DNA of 64,000 nt from an uncultured Gemmobacter sp. (GCA_964439015.1 CAYTMV010000001.1:34174-98173); one strand, 5' to 3'. Shown: positions 20,032-30,352, numbered from the stretch's first letter. The notes: generated by a model not told the origin, from the letters alone. Program-made: numbers and translations.

Positions 20032-21744
20032 ATGCCCGGTATCGCCCCCAAAGCCCCGCTGTCAGACCGCATCGCCCAAGGCCGCGGGGATGCGCCCGCC
20101 GATCTGGTGCTGAAGGGCGGGCGGGTCTTCGACCTGATCGCAGGTGACTTGGTCGAAAGCGACGTGGCGATCTGCGGCGATACCATCGTCGGCACCTTCG
20201 GCACCTATAATGGCCGGCGCGAGATCGACGTTGCGGGCCGCGTGCTGGTGCCGGGTTTCATCGACACCCATCTGCACATCGAATCCTCGCTGGTCACGCC
20301 GTTCGAGTTTGATCGCTGCGTGGCCCCGCGCGGCATCACCACCGCCATCTGCGATCCGCACGAGATCGCCAATGTGCTTGGCCTGCCGGGGATCGACTAT
20401 TTCCTTGAGGCATCCGCCCGCACGGTCATGGATATCCGGGTGCAGCTGTCCTCCTGCGTGCCGTCCACGCATATGGAAACCGCCGGCGCCCGGCTTGAGG
20501 CCACAGACCTGATCCCGCTGATCGACCATCCCCGCGTGATCGGGCTGGCCGAGTTCATGAATTTTCCGGGAGTGCTGATGCAGGATCCCGGCTGCATGGC
20601 AAAGTTGTCGGCATGGCAGGGCCGCCATATTGACGGCCACGCGCCCTTGCTGCGCGGCCATGACCTGAACGGCTATATCGCCGCCGGCATGCGCACCGAG
20701 CATGAGGCGACCACCGCCGACGAGGCGCTGGAAAAGCTGCGCAAGGGGATGCGGGTGCTGATCCGCGAGGGCTCTGTCTCAAAGGATCTGCACGCGCTGG
20801 CACCACTGCTGACCGAGCGTCTGTCGCCCTATCTGTGCCTTTGCACCGATGACCGCAACCCGCTGGATATCGCCGAGCATGGCCATCTGGATTACATGAT
20901 TCGTGCGGCCCTCCGCCTGGGCGCGTCGCCGCTGGCGGTCTATCGCGCGGCCAGCCTTTCGGCGGCCGAGGCCTTCGGCCTGAAGGACCGCGGGCTGATT
21001 GCGCCGGGAAAGCGTGCCGATATCGCCGTGATCGACAGTCTTGAGGGTTGCCATGCCAGCCTGGTGCTGGCCGGGGGCGTGGTGGTCGATGACACAGCCT
21101 TTGCCGCCCGCCAGACGATCGCGCCGGTGGGCCGCCACTCGGTCAAGGCGCGCGCGCTGGTGCCTGCCGATTTTCGCACGCCGGGCAACCGGGTCGAGAC
21201 GCCGGTGATCGGCATCCTGCCCGGCAAGATCATCACCGAACATCGCCGTTTCGACATCGCCCCTGTCGATGGAGACAAGCGGCCTGACCCGGCGCGCGAC
21301 CTGATGAAGGTGGCGGTGGTCGAGCGGCACGGCGTGAACGGCAATATCGCCACCGGCTTCGTGCAGGGCTTTGGTCTGCACCGCGGCGCCATCGCGGCCA
21401 CGGTGGCGCATGACCATCACAATATCGTGGTGGTGGGGGCCGATCCCGTGGCGATGGCGCAAGCCTGCAACCGCCTGCGCGAGATCGAGGGGGGCTTTGT
21501 CGTGGCGGATGGCGATTCGGTTCTGGCCGAGCTGGCGCTGCCGGTTGCCGGTCTGATGAGCTTGCAGCCGTTCGAATCGGTGCGTGACAGCCTGGTTACG
21601 CTGCGCGCCGCCGCCCGGTCCCTTGGTGTCACGCTGGAAGAGCCGTTCCTGCAGCTGGCCTTCATCGCCCTGCCGGTGATCCCGCATCTCAAGATCACCG
21701 ATCATGGCATGGTCGATGTCGACCGCTTTGAAATCCTGCCGTGA
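20032..21744 (+). CDS. ade: adenine deaminase
   Basis: 570 aa with an AGGAG RBS. The amidohydrolase metal motif is [13 protein letters not shown], and similarity to Ade runs full length. Confidence 0.85.
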   Translation: MPGIAPKAPLSDRIAQGRGDAPADLVLKGGRVFDLIAGDLVESDVAICGDTIVGTFGTYNGRREIDVAGRVLVPGFIDTHLHIESSLVTPFEFDRCVAPRGITTAICDPHEIANVLGLPGIDYFLEASARTVMDIRVQLSSCVPSTHMETAGARLEATDLIPLIDHPRVIGLAEFMNFPGVLMQDPGCMAKLSAWQGRHIDGHAPLLRGHDLNGYIAAGMRTEHEATTADEALEKLRKGMRVLIREGSVSKDLHALAPLLTERLSPYLCLCTDDRNPLDIAEHGHLDYMIRAALRLGASPLAVYRAASLSAAEAFGLKDRGLIAPGKRADIAVIDSLEGCHASLVLAGGVVVDDTAFAARQTIAPVGRHSVKARALVPADFRTPGNRVETPVIGILPGKIITEHRRFDIAPVDGDKRPDPARDLMKVAVVERHGVNGNIATGFVQGFGLHRGAIAATVAHDHHNIVVVGADPVAMAQACNRLREIEGGFVVADGDSVLAELALPVAGLMSLQPFESVRDSLVTLRAAARSLGVTLEEPFLQLAFIALPVIPHLKITDHGMVDVDRFEILP

Positions 21745-21758
21745 AGCGCAAACGAAAA

Positions 21759-21776
21759 GGGCGCCCGAAGGCGCCC
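21759..21776 (+). terminator. intrinsic terminator downstream of ade
   Basis: GGGCGCC-CGAA-GGCGCCC hairpin followed by TTGTTCG...TTTTTT. Confidence 0.6.
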
Positions 21777-21795
21777 TTGTTCGTCAGCGGTTTTT

Positions 21796-21871
<76 letters not shown>

Positions 21872-22041
21872 ACCGGGAACCGCGGCGCTTTTCCTTTTCT
21901 TGGCCGTCTTTCGACGCTTCGATCCGGTCCAGCGCTTCGATGTGCGGCTATTTAGGGGAGGTGTCGGGGGGCTGCAAGTGGAAAATTCATCCCCCCGTCA
22001 CGATTTTTGTCCCGGCCAGTGAAACGGGCCGGCAAAGGACC

Positions 22042-22374
22042 TCAGACTTCTTCCTCGTCGCCGGCCACGTCGGCCAGATCGTCGAGCGAGACGTTGTCGT
22101 CGGCGTCGTCCTCCAGCAGATCATCGTCCAGCTCGGCGTCGTCGGTGACGCCGGCTTCCAGCAGATCATCATCGGCTTCCAGATCGTCGACCAGAACGTC
22201 GTCCTTGTCGGGCGCGACCCGGCTGATGACCGAGGCAGCCATTTTGCGGCGTGCGCTTTCGATATCCACGATCTCGCCGGTGTAGGGGCTGACGATCGGC
22301 GTGCGGTTGAGGTCGTAAAAGCGTTTGCCGGTGGTCGGGCAGACGCGCTTGGTACCCCATTCTTCCTTGGGCAT
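22042..22374 (-). CDS. TIGR02300-type FYDLN_acid protein (zinc-ribbon plus acidic tail)
   Basis: 110 aa from MPKEEWGTKRVCPTTGKRFYDLN, with a very acidic D/E-rich C-terminus. Confidence 0.8.
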   Translation of the reverse strand: MPKEEWGTKRVCPTTGKRFYDLNRTPIVSPYTGEIVDIESARRKMAASVISRVAPDKDDVLVDDLEADDDLLEAGVTDDAELDDDLLEDDADDNVSLDDLADVAGDEEEV

Positions 22375-22498
22375 GGTGCTTCCCTTGCAAGGCCAGGCAA
22401 TCTGGTGAAAACCGGCCCATGCCACAGCATATGGTCCTTGTCAAAGCCTTTCGCACCGCGTGCGGCAGCCCTATGCTGCGCCGTGAAAGCGAGGCCTG

Positions 22499-23191
22499 AT
22501 GCGCGACCTGCCTGCCCTGCCCGGGATCCCTGTCACCCTGCGCCGCTCGGCGCGGGCAAGTCGGTTTTCGTTGCGCGTGTCGCGGCTGGATGGCCGGGTG
22601 ACGCTGACCCTGCCGGTGCGGGCGCGCGAGTCGGATGGCATCGCCTTTCTGCATGCGCAGGAGGATTGGCTGCGGCGGGCGCTGGCGTCCATGCCGCAGA
22701 CGCCGCAGCTGACATTCGGGGTGGCCTTTCCGCTGGAGGGGCAGGCGCTGGTGCTGACCCCCGGCGCTGGCCGCCTGATCCGCACGGAAGGCGCGGCGCT
22801 AGTGGTGCCCGGCGATGCGGCGCGGCTGGGCGCGCGGCTGTCGGCCTGGCTGAAGGCGCGGGCGCGTGACCGTCTGGCTGCGGCCTCGGATCGTCACGCC
22901 GCGGCCCTGGGCCGGCCCTATACTGCGCTGTCCTTGCGCGATACCCGTTCGCGCTGGGGCAGTTGCACCCATGACGGGCGGCTGATGTATAACTGGCGGC
23001 TGATCATGGCCCCGCCCGCGGTGCTGGATTATGTGGCGGCCCATGAGGTGGCGCATCTGGCGCAGATGAATCACTCAGCCGCCTTCTGGTCCACGGTGGC
23101 GCGGTTGCTGCCCGGATACGAGGCACAGCGCCGCTGGCTGAAGGCCCACGGGCAGGAGTTGCAGGGGTGGCGATTCGACACGGGCAATTGA
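22499..23191 (+). CDS. M48/YgjP-like metal-dependent hydrolase (DUF45)
   Basis: 230 aa with the HEVAHL zinc motif near the C-terminus. Confidence 0.75.
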   Translation: MRDLPALPGIPVTLRRSARASRFSLRVSRLDGRVTLTLPVRARESDGIAFLHAQEDWLRRALASMPQTPQLTFGVAFPLEGQALVLTPGAGRLIRTEGAALVVPGDAARLGARLSAWLKARARDRLAAASDRHAAALGRPYTALSLRDTRSRWGSCTHDGRLMYNWRLIMAPPAVLDYVAAHEVAHLAQMNHSAAFWSTVARLLPGYEAQRRWLKAHGQELQGWRFDTGN

Positions 23192-23210
23192 CGTTGCCGC
23201 GTGGCGATGC

Positions 23211-23870
23211 TTGGCTGCGGCCATGAACACCGCCGCCCGCCCTTCGGAAAACGCCGCCGCGCATGAGCGTCTGTATCGCACCCTGCGCGCGCAAGTGATG
23301 CATGGCGAATTGGCGCCGGGGCAGGCGCTGACCCTGCGGGGCCTGGGCAAGCAGTTCAACGTCTCGATGACCCCCGCGCGCGAGGCGGTGCGGCGACTGG
23401 TGGCGGAAGGGGCGCTGACGCTGTCTGCCTCGGGCCGGGTCTCGACGCCGGAACTGACGGCAGAGCGGATCGAGGAGCTTGCGGCGATTCGCGCCCTGCT
23501 GGAGCCCGAGTTGGCCGCCCGCGCCCTGCCGCGCGCCCATTTCGCCTTGATCGACCGGCTGGCCGCGATCAACACGGCCAATGCGGCCGCGGTCGCCCGG
23601 CAGGATGCGGTGGCCTATATCCGCACCAATCTCGAGTTTCACCGCACGCTCTATCTGCGGGCACAGGCGCCGGCGATGCTGGCAATGCTGGAAACGGTCT
23701 GGCTGCAACTGGGGCCGACGATGCGGGCGCTTTACGCACGCCTGCGTCGCAACGAGCCGCCGCCCTATCACCGCATGATCCTCGCCGCCCTGCGGGCGGG
23801 CGACGAGCCGGGATTGCGGTTGGCGGTGCGCACCGATGTGACGCAGGGGCTGAAACACCTGGCGAGTTGA
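23211..23870 (+). CDS. GntR family transcriptional regulator (FadR/FCD subfamily)
   Basis: N-terminal winged HTH (LRGLGKQFNVSMTPAREAVRRLVAEGAL) plus a helical FCD-like C-terminal domain. Confidence 0.8.
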   Translation: MAAAMNTAARPSENAAAHERLYRTLRAQVMHGELAPGQALTLRGLGKQFNVSMTPAREAVRRLVAEGALTLSASGRVSTPELTAERIEELAAIRALLEPELAARALPRAHFALIDRLAAINTANAAAVARQDAVAYIRTNLEFHRTLYLRAQAPAMLAMLETVWLQLGPTMRALYARLRRNEPPPYHRMILAALRAGDEPGLRLAVRTDVTQGLKHLAS

Positions 23871-23876
23871 GCGCGC

Positions 23877-24737
23877 TTACCGCCCGTGGCTTCGGTCATA
23901 ACCGTTGCGGGGCGGGCTGACCCAGCCTTGCGGCAGGGCTGTGGGTTGCCAGACCTCGATCCCCAGCGGATGGCAGGCGGCCACGTCAGATGAATGCTCG
24001 GTCGAGCAATCGCCGCCGGGGCAGGCTGACAGGCCGACCAGCAGGTCGATCTCGGCAAAGAACTCCAGATAGTCGCCCTGCCGCACCGGGCTGGCCTTCA
24101 TGATGTATTGCCCGGTTTCGCGGCTGAAGCCGGTACACATGAAGACGTTCAGCACGTCATGCACCAGCGGCTCGGCCTCGTGAAGGGTGCGGCCCGAGGC
24201 ATCAGCCAGCGCCCGCGTCAGGTTGGAATGGCAGCAATGGTGATACTGCCCGCCATGCGACAGCAGGTTGTGGGTATAGGGATCGCAGCGGGTGCCGATC
24301 ACGTCATGGACCGAGCAGCCGTCGCCATCAAAGCCATACCAGTCCAGGCTGTCATCGGTGACGGTCGCCATCGCCCGCAGATGCGGAAAGGCCGACCACA
24401 GCCGGTCGCCGGTGCTGAGATGGGTGCCATGCAGCGCGCGGGTCTTGCCGGAAAAGAAACGCTCGGTCAGGTCGGCGGACCACAGGTTCAAATCGCCCAC
24501 CTGCGGGCCTTCGGGGCAGGTGATGCGGAAGAACTGCCCGGCCTTCACCGCAGCACATGCCGCGTCTCGCGCCGGAACCACGGTGGTCGAGACCAGCTGT
24601 GCGCCCACGCGCGCCGCCTGCAGGGCTGACAGATTGGCGTCGGGCAGGGTTTCAGGCGGATAGCAGATCACCGGCCGAATCGCGCGGCGGGTGCCGGCAT
24701 CGGCAGGGGCAGGGTGGACGGGGTGGTCAGGCTTCAT
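23877..24737 (-). CDS. DUF1989 / urea-carboxylase-associated family protein
   Basis: 286 aa from MKPDHP. It has a cyclophilin-like DUF1989 pattern (GQFFRI...GDLNLW...DGCSVHD). Confidence 0.65.
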   Translation of the reverse strand: MKPDHPVHPAPADAGTRRAIRPVICYPPETLPDANLSALQAARVGAQLVSTTVVPARDAACAAVKAGQFFRITCPEGPQVGDLNLWSADLTERFFSGKTRALHGTHLSTGDRLWSAFPHLRAMATVTDDSLDWYGFDGDGCSVHDVIGTRCDPYTHNLLSHGGQYHHCCHSNLTRALADASGRTLHEAEPLVHDVLNVFMCTGFSRETGQYIMKASPVRQGDYLEFFAEIDLLVGLSACPGGDCSTEHSSDVAACHPLGIEVWQPTALPQGWVSPPRNGYDRSHGR

Positions 24738-24945
24738 CGCGGTCTCCGGGCTGGTCAGCCCGCAGACAATGGCGCGGGCTTTGCCCGGCTGGCAAGCGCA
24801 TTTCCGCCCCGCAGGCCGCGCAGCGCCAGACACTGCGCGCGCGATCCTCGCGCCAGCGACAGGCGCGGGTCAGTGTCGATCCGCGCCGGCTGAGCCAGAG
24901 GTAGAGAAACACCCCTACCCCCAGCAGGATCAGCAGGATCGGCAC
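24727..24945 (-). CDS. possible small membrane-anchored Cys-rich protein
   Basis: 72-aa ORF with a GTG start 1 nt after the ETF-QO stop. One N-terminal TM helix is followed by C-x13-C-x2-C-x15-C. Third-position GC is high, as in real genes. I recognise no family. Confidence 0.3.
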   Translation of the reverse strand: MPILLILLGVGVFLYLWLSRRGSTLTRACRWREDRARSVWRCAACGAEMRLPAGQSPRHCLRADQPGDRDEA

Positions 24946-26592
24946 TTACATGTTCGGATAGTTCGGGCCGTCGCCACCCTGCGGCGTGGTCCAGACGATG
25001 TTCTGGCTGGGGTCCTTGATGTCGCAGGTCTTGCAGTGGACGCAGTTCTGGAAGTTGATGCGGAAGGTCGCATCCTTGCCCTCGCCCAGCACCTCATAGA
25101 CGCCAGCCGGGCAGTAACGCTGCGCGGGCTCGTCATATTCGGGCAGGTTCACCGTGATCGGCACCGAGGCGTCGCGCAGTTTCAGGTGCGCGGGCTGGTT
25201 TTCATCGTGGTTGGTGAAGCTGAAGGCCACGTTGGTCAGCCGGTCAAAGCTGAGCTTTCCATCGGGCTTCGGATAGTCGATCTTCTTGTGATCCTTGGCC
25301 TTGCCCGTGGCGGCCGCGTCCGATTTGCCGTGGCGCAGCGTGCCGAACAGGCTGAAGCCCAGCGTGTTGGTCCACATGTCGAGGCCCCCGCCCATCAGCG
25401 AGGCTACCAGACCGTATTTCGACCACAGCGGCTTGACGTTACGGACCTTCTTCAGGTCGCGGCTGATCGCGCCGCTGCGGACCTCGGTCTCATAGGCGGT
25501 CAGCTCGTCGCCTTCGCGCCCGGCCCGGATCGCCTCGAACGCGGCTTCGGCCGCGGCCTTGCCCGACAGCATGGCGTTGTGGTTGCCCTTGATGCGCGGC
25601 ACGTTGACCATGCCGACGCTGCACCCCAGCAGCGCCACGCCCGGCGCCACCATCTTGGGCATCGACTGCCAGCCGCCCTCGCTGATCGCGCGGGCGCCAT
25701 AGGCCACGCGCTTACCACCCTTCAGGAGTTCAGCCACCATCGGGTGATGCTTGAAACGCTGGAACTCCATGTAAGGATAGAGGTGCGGGTTGGCGTAGTT
25801 CAGGTGAACCACGAAGCCGATGTAAACCTGATTGTTCTCAAGGTGGTAGATGAAGCTGCCGCCGCCGGCATTCTTGCCCAGCGGCCAGCCCATCGTATGG
25901 GTCACGGTGCCCTCGCGGTGCTTGGCGGGGTCGATCTCCCAGATCTCTTTCATGCCGATGCCGAATTTCTGCGGGCAATGGCCTTTCGAGAGGTCATATT
26001 TGGCGATCACTTCCTTGGCGAGGCTGCCGCGCACGCCTTCGGACAAAAAGACGTATTTGCCGCGCAGCTCCATCCCCGGCTCATAGCTGGGGCCGGGATC
26101 GCCGGTTTCGGGATCACGGCCGAACTCACCGGCCACCACGCCCGCGACGCGGTTGCCGTCAAAGACCAGCTGGCTGGCCGACATGCCGGGGAAAATCTCG
26201 ACCCCCAGCCCCTCGGCCACGCCCGCCATCCAGCGGCAGACATTGGCCATCGAGACGATGTAATTTCCGTGGTTGTTCATCAGGGGCGGCATGGGCCAGT
26301 TGGGGATGCGCACCTGACCGGCCGGGCCCAGCATGTAGAAGTTGTCGTGCTTGACCGGGGTCTTGATCGGCGCGTCCATATTGCGCCAGTCGGGCAGCAG
26401 TGCGTCGAGGCCGCAGGTGTCCAGCACCGCCCCCGACAGGATATGCGCGCCAACCTCGGAGCCCTTCTCGATCACCACCACGTTCAGATCGGGGTCAAGC
26501 TGCTTCAGCCGGATCGCCGCTGACAGACCAGATGGCCCCGCGCCCACGATCACAACGTCATAATCCATGCTCTCGCGTTCGATCTCGGCCAT
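24946..26592 (-). CDS. electron-transfer flavoprotein:ubiquinone oxidoreductase
   Basis: 548 aa with an N-terminal FAD fold (DVVIVGAGPSGLSAA) and a C-terminal 4Fe-4S motif (CVHCKTCDIKDP). Confidence 0.9.
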   Translation of the reverse strand: MAEIERESMDYDVVIVGAGPSGLSAAIRLKQLDPDLNVVVIEKGSEVGAHILSGAVLDTCGLDALLPDWRNMDAPIKTPVKHDNFYMLGPAGQVRIPNWPMPPLMNNHGNYIVSMANVCRWMAGVAEGLGVEIFPGMSASQLVFDGNRVAGVVAGEFGRDPETGDPGPSYEPGMELRGKYVFLSEGVRGSLAKEVIAKYDLSKGHCPQKFGIGMKEIWEIDPAKHREGTVTHTMGWPLGKNAGGGSFIYHLENNQVYIGFVVHLNYANPHLYPYMEFQRFKHHPMVAELLKGGKRVAYGARAISEGGWQSMPKMVAPGVALLGCSVGMVNVPRIKGNHNAMLSGKAAAEAAFEAIRAGREGDELTAYETEVRSGAISRDLKKVRNVKPLWSKYGLVASLMGGGLDMWTNTLGFSLFGTLRHGKSDAAATGKAKDHKKIDYPKPDGKLSFDRLTNVAFSFTNHDENQPAHLKLRDASVPITVNLPEYDEPAQRYCPAGVYEVLGEGKDATFRINFQNCVHCKTCDIKDPSQNIVWTTPQGGDGPNYPNM

Positions 26593-26868
26593 GTATGTCT
26601 CCTCTGGCGGCGGAGGATTCCGCTTGCTGAATCGGCAGGGCTTGTCTGACGCAAGGGACAGCCTGCGTCAACCGCAACGCAACATCGCGACGCTGCGACG
26701 CAGCGGTGTCGCAATTTTATTGCGCAAAGGCCGCAATCCTGCCGGGTGGAGCCGCCGAAATGCCTGTGCCTCTTGCAATTTGGGGGGCAGTGGGGTCAGG
26801 TGCTGAAAAGGAAATGCAGGGTCATGGTGCAGCCGCATCATGGCTCTGATGTTTTTGGTAAGGGACCG

Positions 26869-27339
26869 ATGGAAAAGATTCCGATGACCCGCGCGGGTTT
26901 TGTCGCGCTCGATGAAGAGTTGAAGGTGCTGAAATCGGTCGAACGGCCGGCGGTGATCCGTGCGATTGCCGAAGCGCGCGAGCATGGCGATCTGTCGGAA
27001 AACGCCGAATACCACGCCGCCCGCGAAAAACAGAGCTTCATCGAGGGGCGGATCAAGGAGCTTGAAGGCATCCTGTCGTTGGCCGAGGTGATCGACCCGG
27101 CGAAACTCTCGGGTTCGATCAAGTTCGGCGCCACCATCACCATCGTCGACGAGGACAGCGACGAGGAAAAGACCTATCAGATCGTGGGCGAGGCCGAAGC
27201 CGATCTTGAAAAGGGTTTGCTGAACGTGCGCTCGCCGCTGGCCCGCGCGCTCATCGGCAAGGAGGAGGGCGACTCGGTCGAGGTGCGCACCCCCGGCGGA
27301 CAGCGCAGTTACGAAGTCCTGTCGGTGCGCTATATCTGA
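26869..27339 (+). CDS. greA: transcription elongation factor GreA
   Basis: 156 aa from MEKIPMT. The motif [16 protein letters not shown] is present. Confidence 0.9.
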   Translation: MEKIPMTRAGFVALDEELKVLKSVERPAVIRAIAEAREHGDLSENAEYHAAREKQSFIEGRIKELEGILSLAEVIDPAKLSGSIKFGATITIVDEDSDEEKTYQIVGEAEADLEKGLLNVRSPLARALIGKEEGDSVEVRTPGGQRSYEVLSVRYI

Positions 27340-27346
27340 GGCCGCG

Positions 27347-28330
27347 ATGACCGATCCCCTCCACCCTGTCCCGCTCACGACGGACTCTCAGCAGCGGACC
27401 TTCGGGCGGTATGAGGTGATGGGCGCGGCGCTGTCGCTGGTCTGGCTGGTGGCGGTGCTGGCCTATGTCTACCGCGCCTCCAGCGGGGCGGCGCCGGTCG
27501 GGCTGGTGCTGACGCTGCTGCTGGTGTTTCTGCCGATTGCGCTGATCTGGATGACCATCGTCACCCTGCGCAGCGTGCAGGATCTGCGGGCCGAGGCGGC
27601 ACGGCTGCAAGAGGCGGTCGAGGCGATGCGCACCGCCTTCATGGCCGGGCAGGTGCGCCCCGAGGTCGAGAAGAAGCTGGACGAGATCGCCGCCACCGCG
27701 CGCGAAACCGGCGCGGCGTTGGCCACTTTTTCGTCGCGGCGCGATCACGCGCGGGTGGTGCCATCGGCCGACCGCAAGGCTGCCATGCCGCTGCCCGCCG
27801 ATACGCAGGATGATCAGCCCGTATTGGCGCTGGGCACCCCGGCTGACGATCTGAAGGAACCGCTGTCGATTGCAGATTTTGTCCGCGCGCTGAACTTTCC
27901 TGACAATGCCGAGGATCGCGAGGGATTTCGCGCCCTGCGTCTGGCGCTGGAGGATCGGCATGTGGCCAAGCTGATCCGCGCGGCGCAGGACGTGCTGACC
28001 CTTCTGTCGCAAGAGGGGATCTTCATGGACGATCTGCGCCCCGACCGGGCCCGGCCGGAACTCTGGCGGCAGTTTGCCAGCGGTGCCCGTGGACGGGCGA
28101 TTGCCGGGCTGGGCGGCATCCGTGACCGCTCGTCTCTGGCGCTGACGGCGGGGCGGATGCGGGAAGACCCGGTGTTTCGTGATGCGGCGCACCACTTCTT
28201 GCGGACCTTCGACAAGGTTTTTGTCGAGGCTGAAGCCAATGCGACCGATGCCGATCTGGCCGAGCTGTCCGACACCCGCACCGCACGCGCCTTCATGCTG
28301 CTGGGGCGTGTGACCGGTATCTTCGACTGA
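27347..28330 (+). CDS. hypothetical membrane protein with coiled-coil segment
   Basis: 327 aa. Two N-terminal TM helices are followed by a helical/coiled region and a soluble C-terminal domain. It lies 7 nt after greA. Confidence 0.5.
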   Translation: MTDPLHPVPLTTDSQQRTFGRYEVMGAALSLVWLVAVLAYVYRASSGAAPVGLVLTLLLVFLPIALIWMTIVTLRSVQDLRAEAARLQEAVEAMRTAFMAGQVRPEVEKKLDEIAATARETGAALATFSSRRDHARVVPSADRKAAMPLPADTQDDQPVLALGTPADDLKEPLSIADFVRALNFPDNAEDREGFRALRLALEDRHVAKLIRAAQDVLTLLSQEGIFMDDLRPDRARPELWRQFASGARGRAIAGLGGIRDRSSLALTAGRMREDPVFRDAAHHFLRTFDKVFVEAEANATDADLAELSDTRTARAFMLLGRVTGIFD

Positions 28331-28337
28331 CCGGGGC

Positions 28338-28928
28338 TTACAGCGTTTTCACCATCGTCAGGGTCTGTGCTACGCCGATCAGGTGACCGGCCAGGCCCAT
28401 GAGCTGGGTCCCGACGACGGCAAAGCCCTCGCGCTCGTAAAGGGAGCGGGCGCGGAGGTTTTCCGGCAGCACGTCCAACCGGATTTCACGGTAGCCGCGC
28501 GCATACCCGGCATCGTACAGCGCCGCCAGCAGGGCGGTGCCGACGCCCCGGCCCCGCGATGCGCGGGCGACCGAAATGCCGTCGATCAGGAAGCGCGTGT
28601 TGTCCACGTCCTGCTCCAGCGCGCGGAAGGCCAACCGGCGCCAGGTTGCCCCCCAAAGCCCGTAGGTCTGCCGCATCAGCGCCGGTCCCTGGTCGGTCAG
28701 GCCGCCGTCCGGGTCACGAAAGCCGGCAATGCCGATCAGCCGGCCCTTGGGGTCCAGCGCCGCTATGGCGTGATCGTGCCGGATGCCGGCCGCCAGCATC
28801 CGCAGCGCGCGTGCCTCTGGCCCGAGCAGACGGTTCAGCTTGGGGCCGAATGCATGCCAATAGAGGTCCGAGGCCGCGCCCTCCTGCCCTGAGGGCAGGC
28901 CGAGGTGGATGGTAAAGGGCAGGGTCAT
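28338..28928 (-). CDS. GNAT family N-acetyltransferase
   Basis: 196 aa from MTLPFT. It has the acetyl-CoA binding motif RGRGVGTALL and an ATGA overlap with the mobA stop. Confidence 0.75.
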   Translation of the reverse strand: MTLPFTIHLGLPSGQEGAASDLYWHAFGPKLNRLLGPEARALRMLAAGIRHDHAIAALDPKGRLIGIAGFRDPDGGLTDQGPALMRQTYGLWGATWRRLAFRALEQDVDNTRFLIDGISVARASRGRGVGTALLAALYDAGYARGYREIRLDVLPENLRARSLYEREGFAVVGTQLMGLAGHLIGVAQTLTMVKTL

Positions 28929-29491
28929 CGCAGCGCGGCCTCGGCGCGCGCCAGATCCTCGGGGGTGTTGAGGTTGGTGATGCTGCCTGCCGGCAGGTCC
29001 ACCGCATGCGCCGCGATCCGATCCATCAGGGTCATCAGGCGCCGCTCGCCGGCATCGAGCCATTCCTCGATCTCCGGTGCCGCCGATACTGGCCAGAGCG
29101 TAAAAGTCGGATGATCGCGGTCGTCCGACCGGGCCATCGCCGGTGCCCCGGCAGCCGTCAGGCGGGCGACAAGATCGGTGGGAAACAGCGGCGAATCAAC
29201 CGCGACGGTCATCAGCGCCGTTGCGCCCCCCGCCTGGGCCCAGCGCAGGCCTGCCAGCACACCTTCCAGCGGGCCGCGCCCGGCAGCGGCATCGCCCAGC
29301 ACCGGAAGTCCGGTAAAATCCAGCCGCGCCGGATCGCCATTGGCCGAAATGGCCAGCCGGTTTACCTGCGGGGCCAGACGTTCGATGGCATGGGCAACCA
29401 GCGGGCGGCCCGCAAGCCGCAGCAGAGCCTTGTCCGCCCCGCCCATCCTGCGGCCGGCACCGCCCGCGAGGATCAGGCCGAAGATCGCCAT
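28925..29491 (-). CDS. mobA: molybdenum cofactor guanylyltransferase
   Basis: 188 aa with the N-terminal LAGGAGRRMGG motif. Confidence 0.85.
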   Translation of the reverse strand: MAIFGLILAGGAGRRMGGADKALLRLAGRPLVAHAIERLAPQVNRLAISANGDPARLDFTGLPVLGDAAAGRGPLEGVLAGLRWAQAGGATALMTVAVDSPLFPTDLVARLTAAGAPAMARSDDRDHPTFTLWPVSAAPEIEEWLDAGERRLMTLMDRIAAHAVDLPAGSITNLNTPEDLARAEAALR

Positions 29492-29500
29492 GCCATCCCC

Positions 29501-30181
29501 TTATTCGGTGGTCGCAGCCTCAAGCGCGGCCGTGTTCGCGGCATCGCGTGCGGCGTTCTTTGCCATGATCTCGGCTGCCCGCGGGTCGTCCAGCTGGATC
29601 ATCAGCACACCGTGATTGTCGTCGGCGTCAGTATCGGTGATGGTGCGGGATTTGACGCCCGGATACTTGCCGAAGGCGCGCGACAGCACCTTGGGACCAT
29701 AGGTGGCCGGGATCTTCTCGAAGCCGGGCACCTTGCGCAGGATCGACGAAACCGATTGCGCGCAATGCGCCCGCGGCACCGCGCCATAGTTCAACGCCAG
29801 CTCTTGCGCGCGCAGCGCCTGCTCCGGCGTAACCACCAGGCGCTGTTCGATGACGTCATACGATTCGCGCGCGTGATAGTCGATGTAGAAGGCCACCATC
29901 CGGTCCGTCATGCCGCGATGCACGTCGTTGCGCTCGGCCAGAGAGGGCAGATACCAGCTGCCGGCCGGGTCGAACATCAGCCGCTCGGTGCCGTTGATCA
30001 TCAGCGCCGAATGGGCGCCTGCACCGCTGGACTTGTCGATCACCGTGAACAGCGTCAATTCCGGCGGGCCGGAATGGACGTAACGGGCACGGGCCACCTC
30101 TTCATCAGGGGCCCAGCGGGGCTGTGCGCCACAGGCGGCCAATGCAAGGGGCAGGCAAAGACAGATGATCAGCCGGCGCAT
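29501..30181 (-). CDS. hypothetical lipoprotein
   Basis: 226 aa with a lipobox (LALAAC) after a signal peptide. I recognise no family. Confidence 0.55.
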   Translation of the reverse strand: MRRLIICLCLPLALAACGAQPRWAPDEEVARARYVHSGPPELTLFTVIDKSSGAGAHSALMINGTERLMFDPAGSWYLPSLAERNDVHRGMTDRMVAFYIDYHARESYDVIEQRLVVTPEQALRAQELALNYGAVPRAHCAQSVSSILRKVPGFEKIPATYGPKVLSRAFGKYPGVKSRTITDTDADDNHGVLMIQLDDPRAAEIMAKNAARDAANTAALEAATTE

Positions 30182-30217
30182 AAGCGACGCACTCCAAATT
30201 GCAGGCTTGCGGCGGGA

Positions 30218-30352
30218 TCAGGCGTTGGCCAGCGCCATGAAAATCAACACGCCGATCGACAGGCCGGCGACCCAGATCGACATGCGGATAAAACCGGCAA
30301 ATGTCTTCTCGTGTTCACGAATGTCCATCGATCCCTGCTTGTGTTCGGCCAT
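30218..30352 (-). CDS. aa3-type cytochrome c oxidase subunit IV
   Basis: 44 aa from MAEHKQGSMDIREHEKTFAGFI... It closely resembles the single-helix Paracoccus-type subunit IV. The 75-aa ORF call is probably over-extended. Confidence 0.7.
   Translation of the reverse strand: MAEHKQGSMDIREHEKTFAGFIRMSIWVAGLSIGVLIFMALANA

Noticed and set aside
26647-26670. TGACGCA-N10-TGCGTCA, with the neighbouring small palindromes TGCGAC-N8-GTCGCA and TTGCGCAA, in the ETF-QO/greA divergent region
   Set aside because: The arms are only 6-8 bp and match no regulator motif I can name. Such short GC-rich palindromes are expected by chance in this composition.
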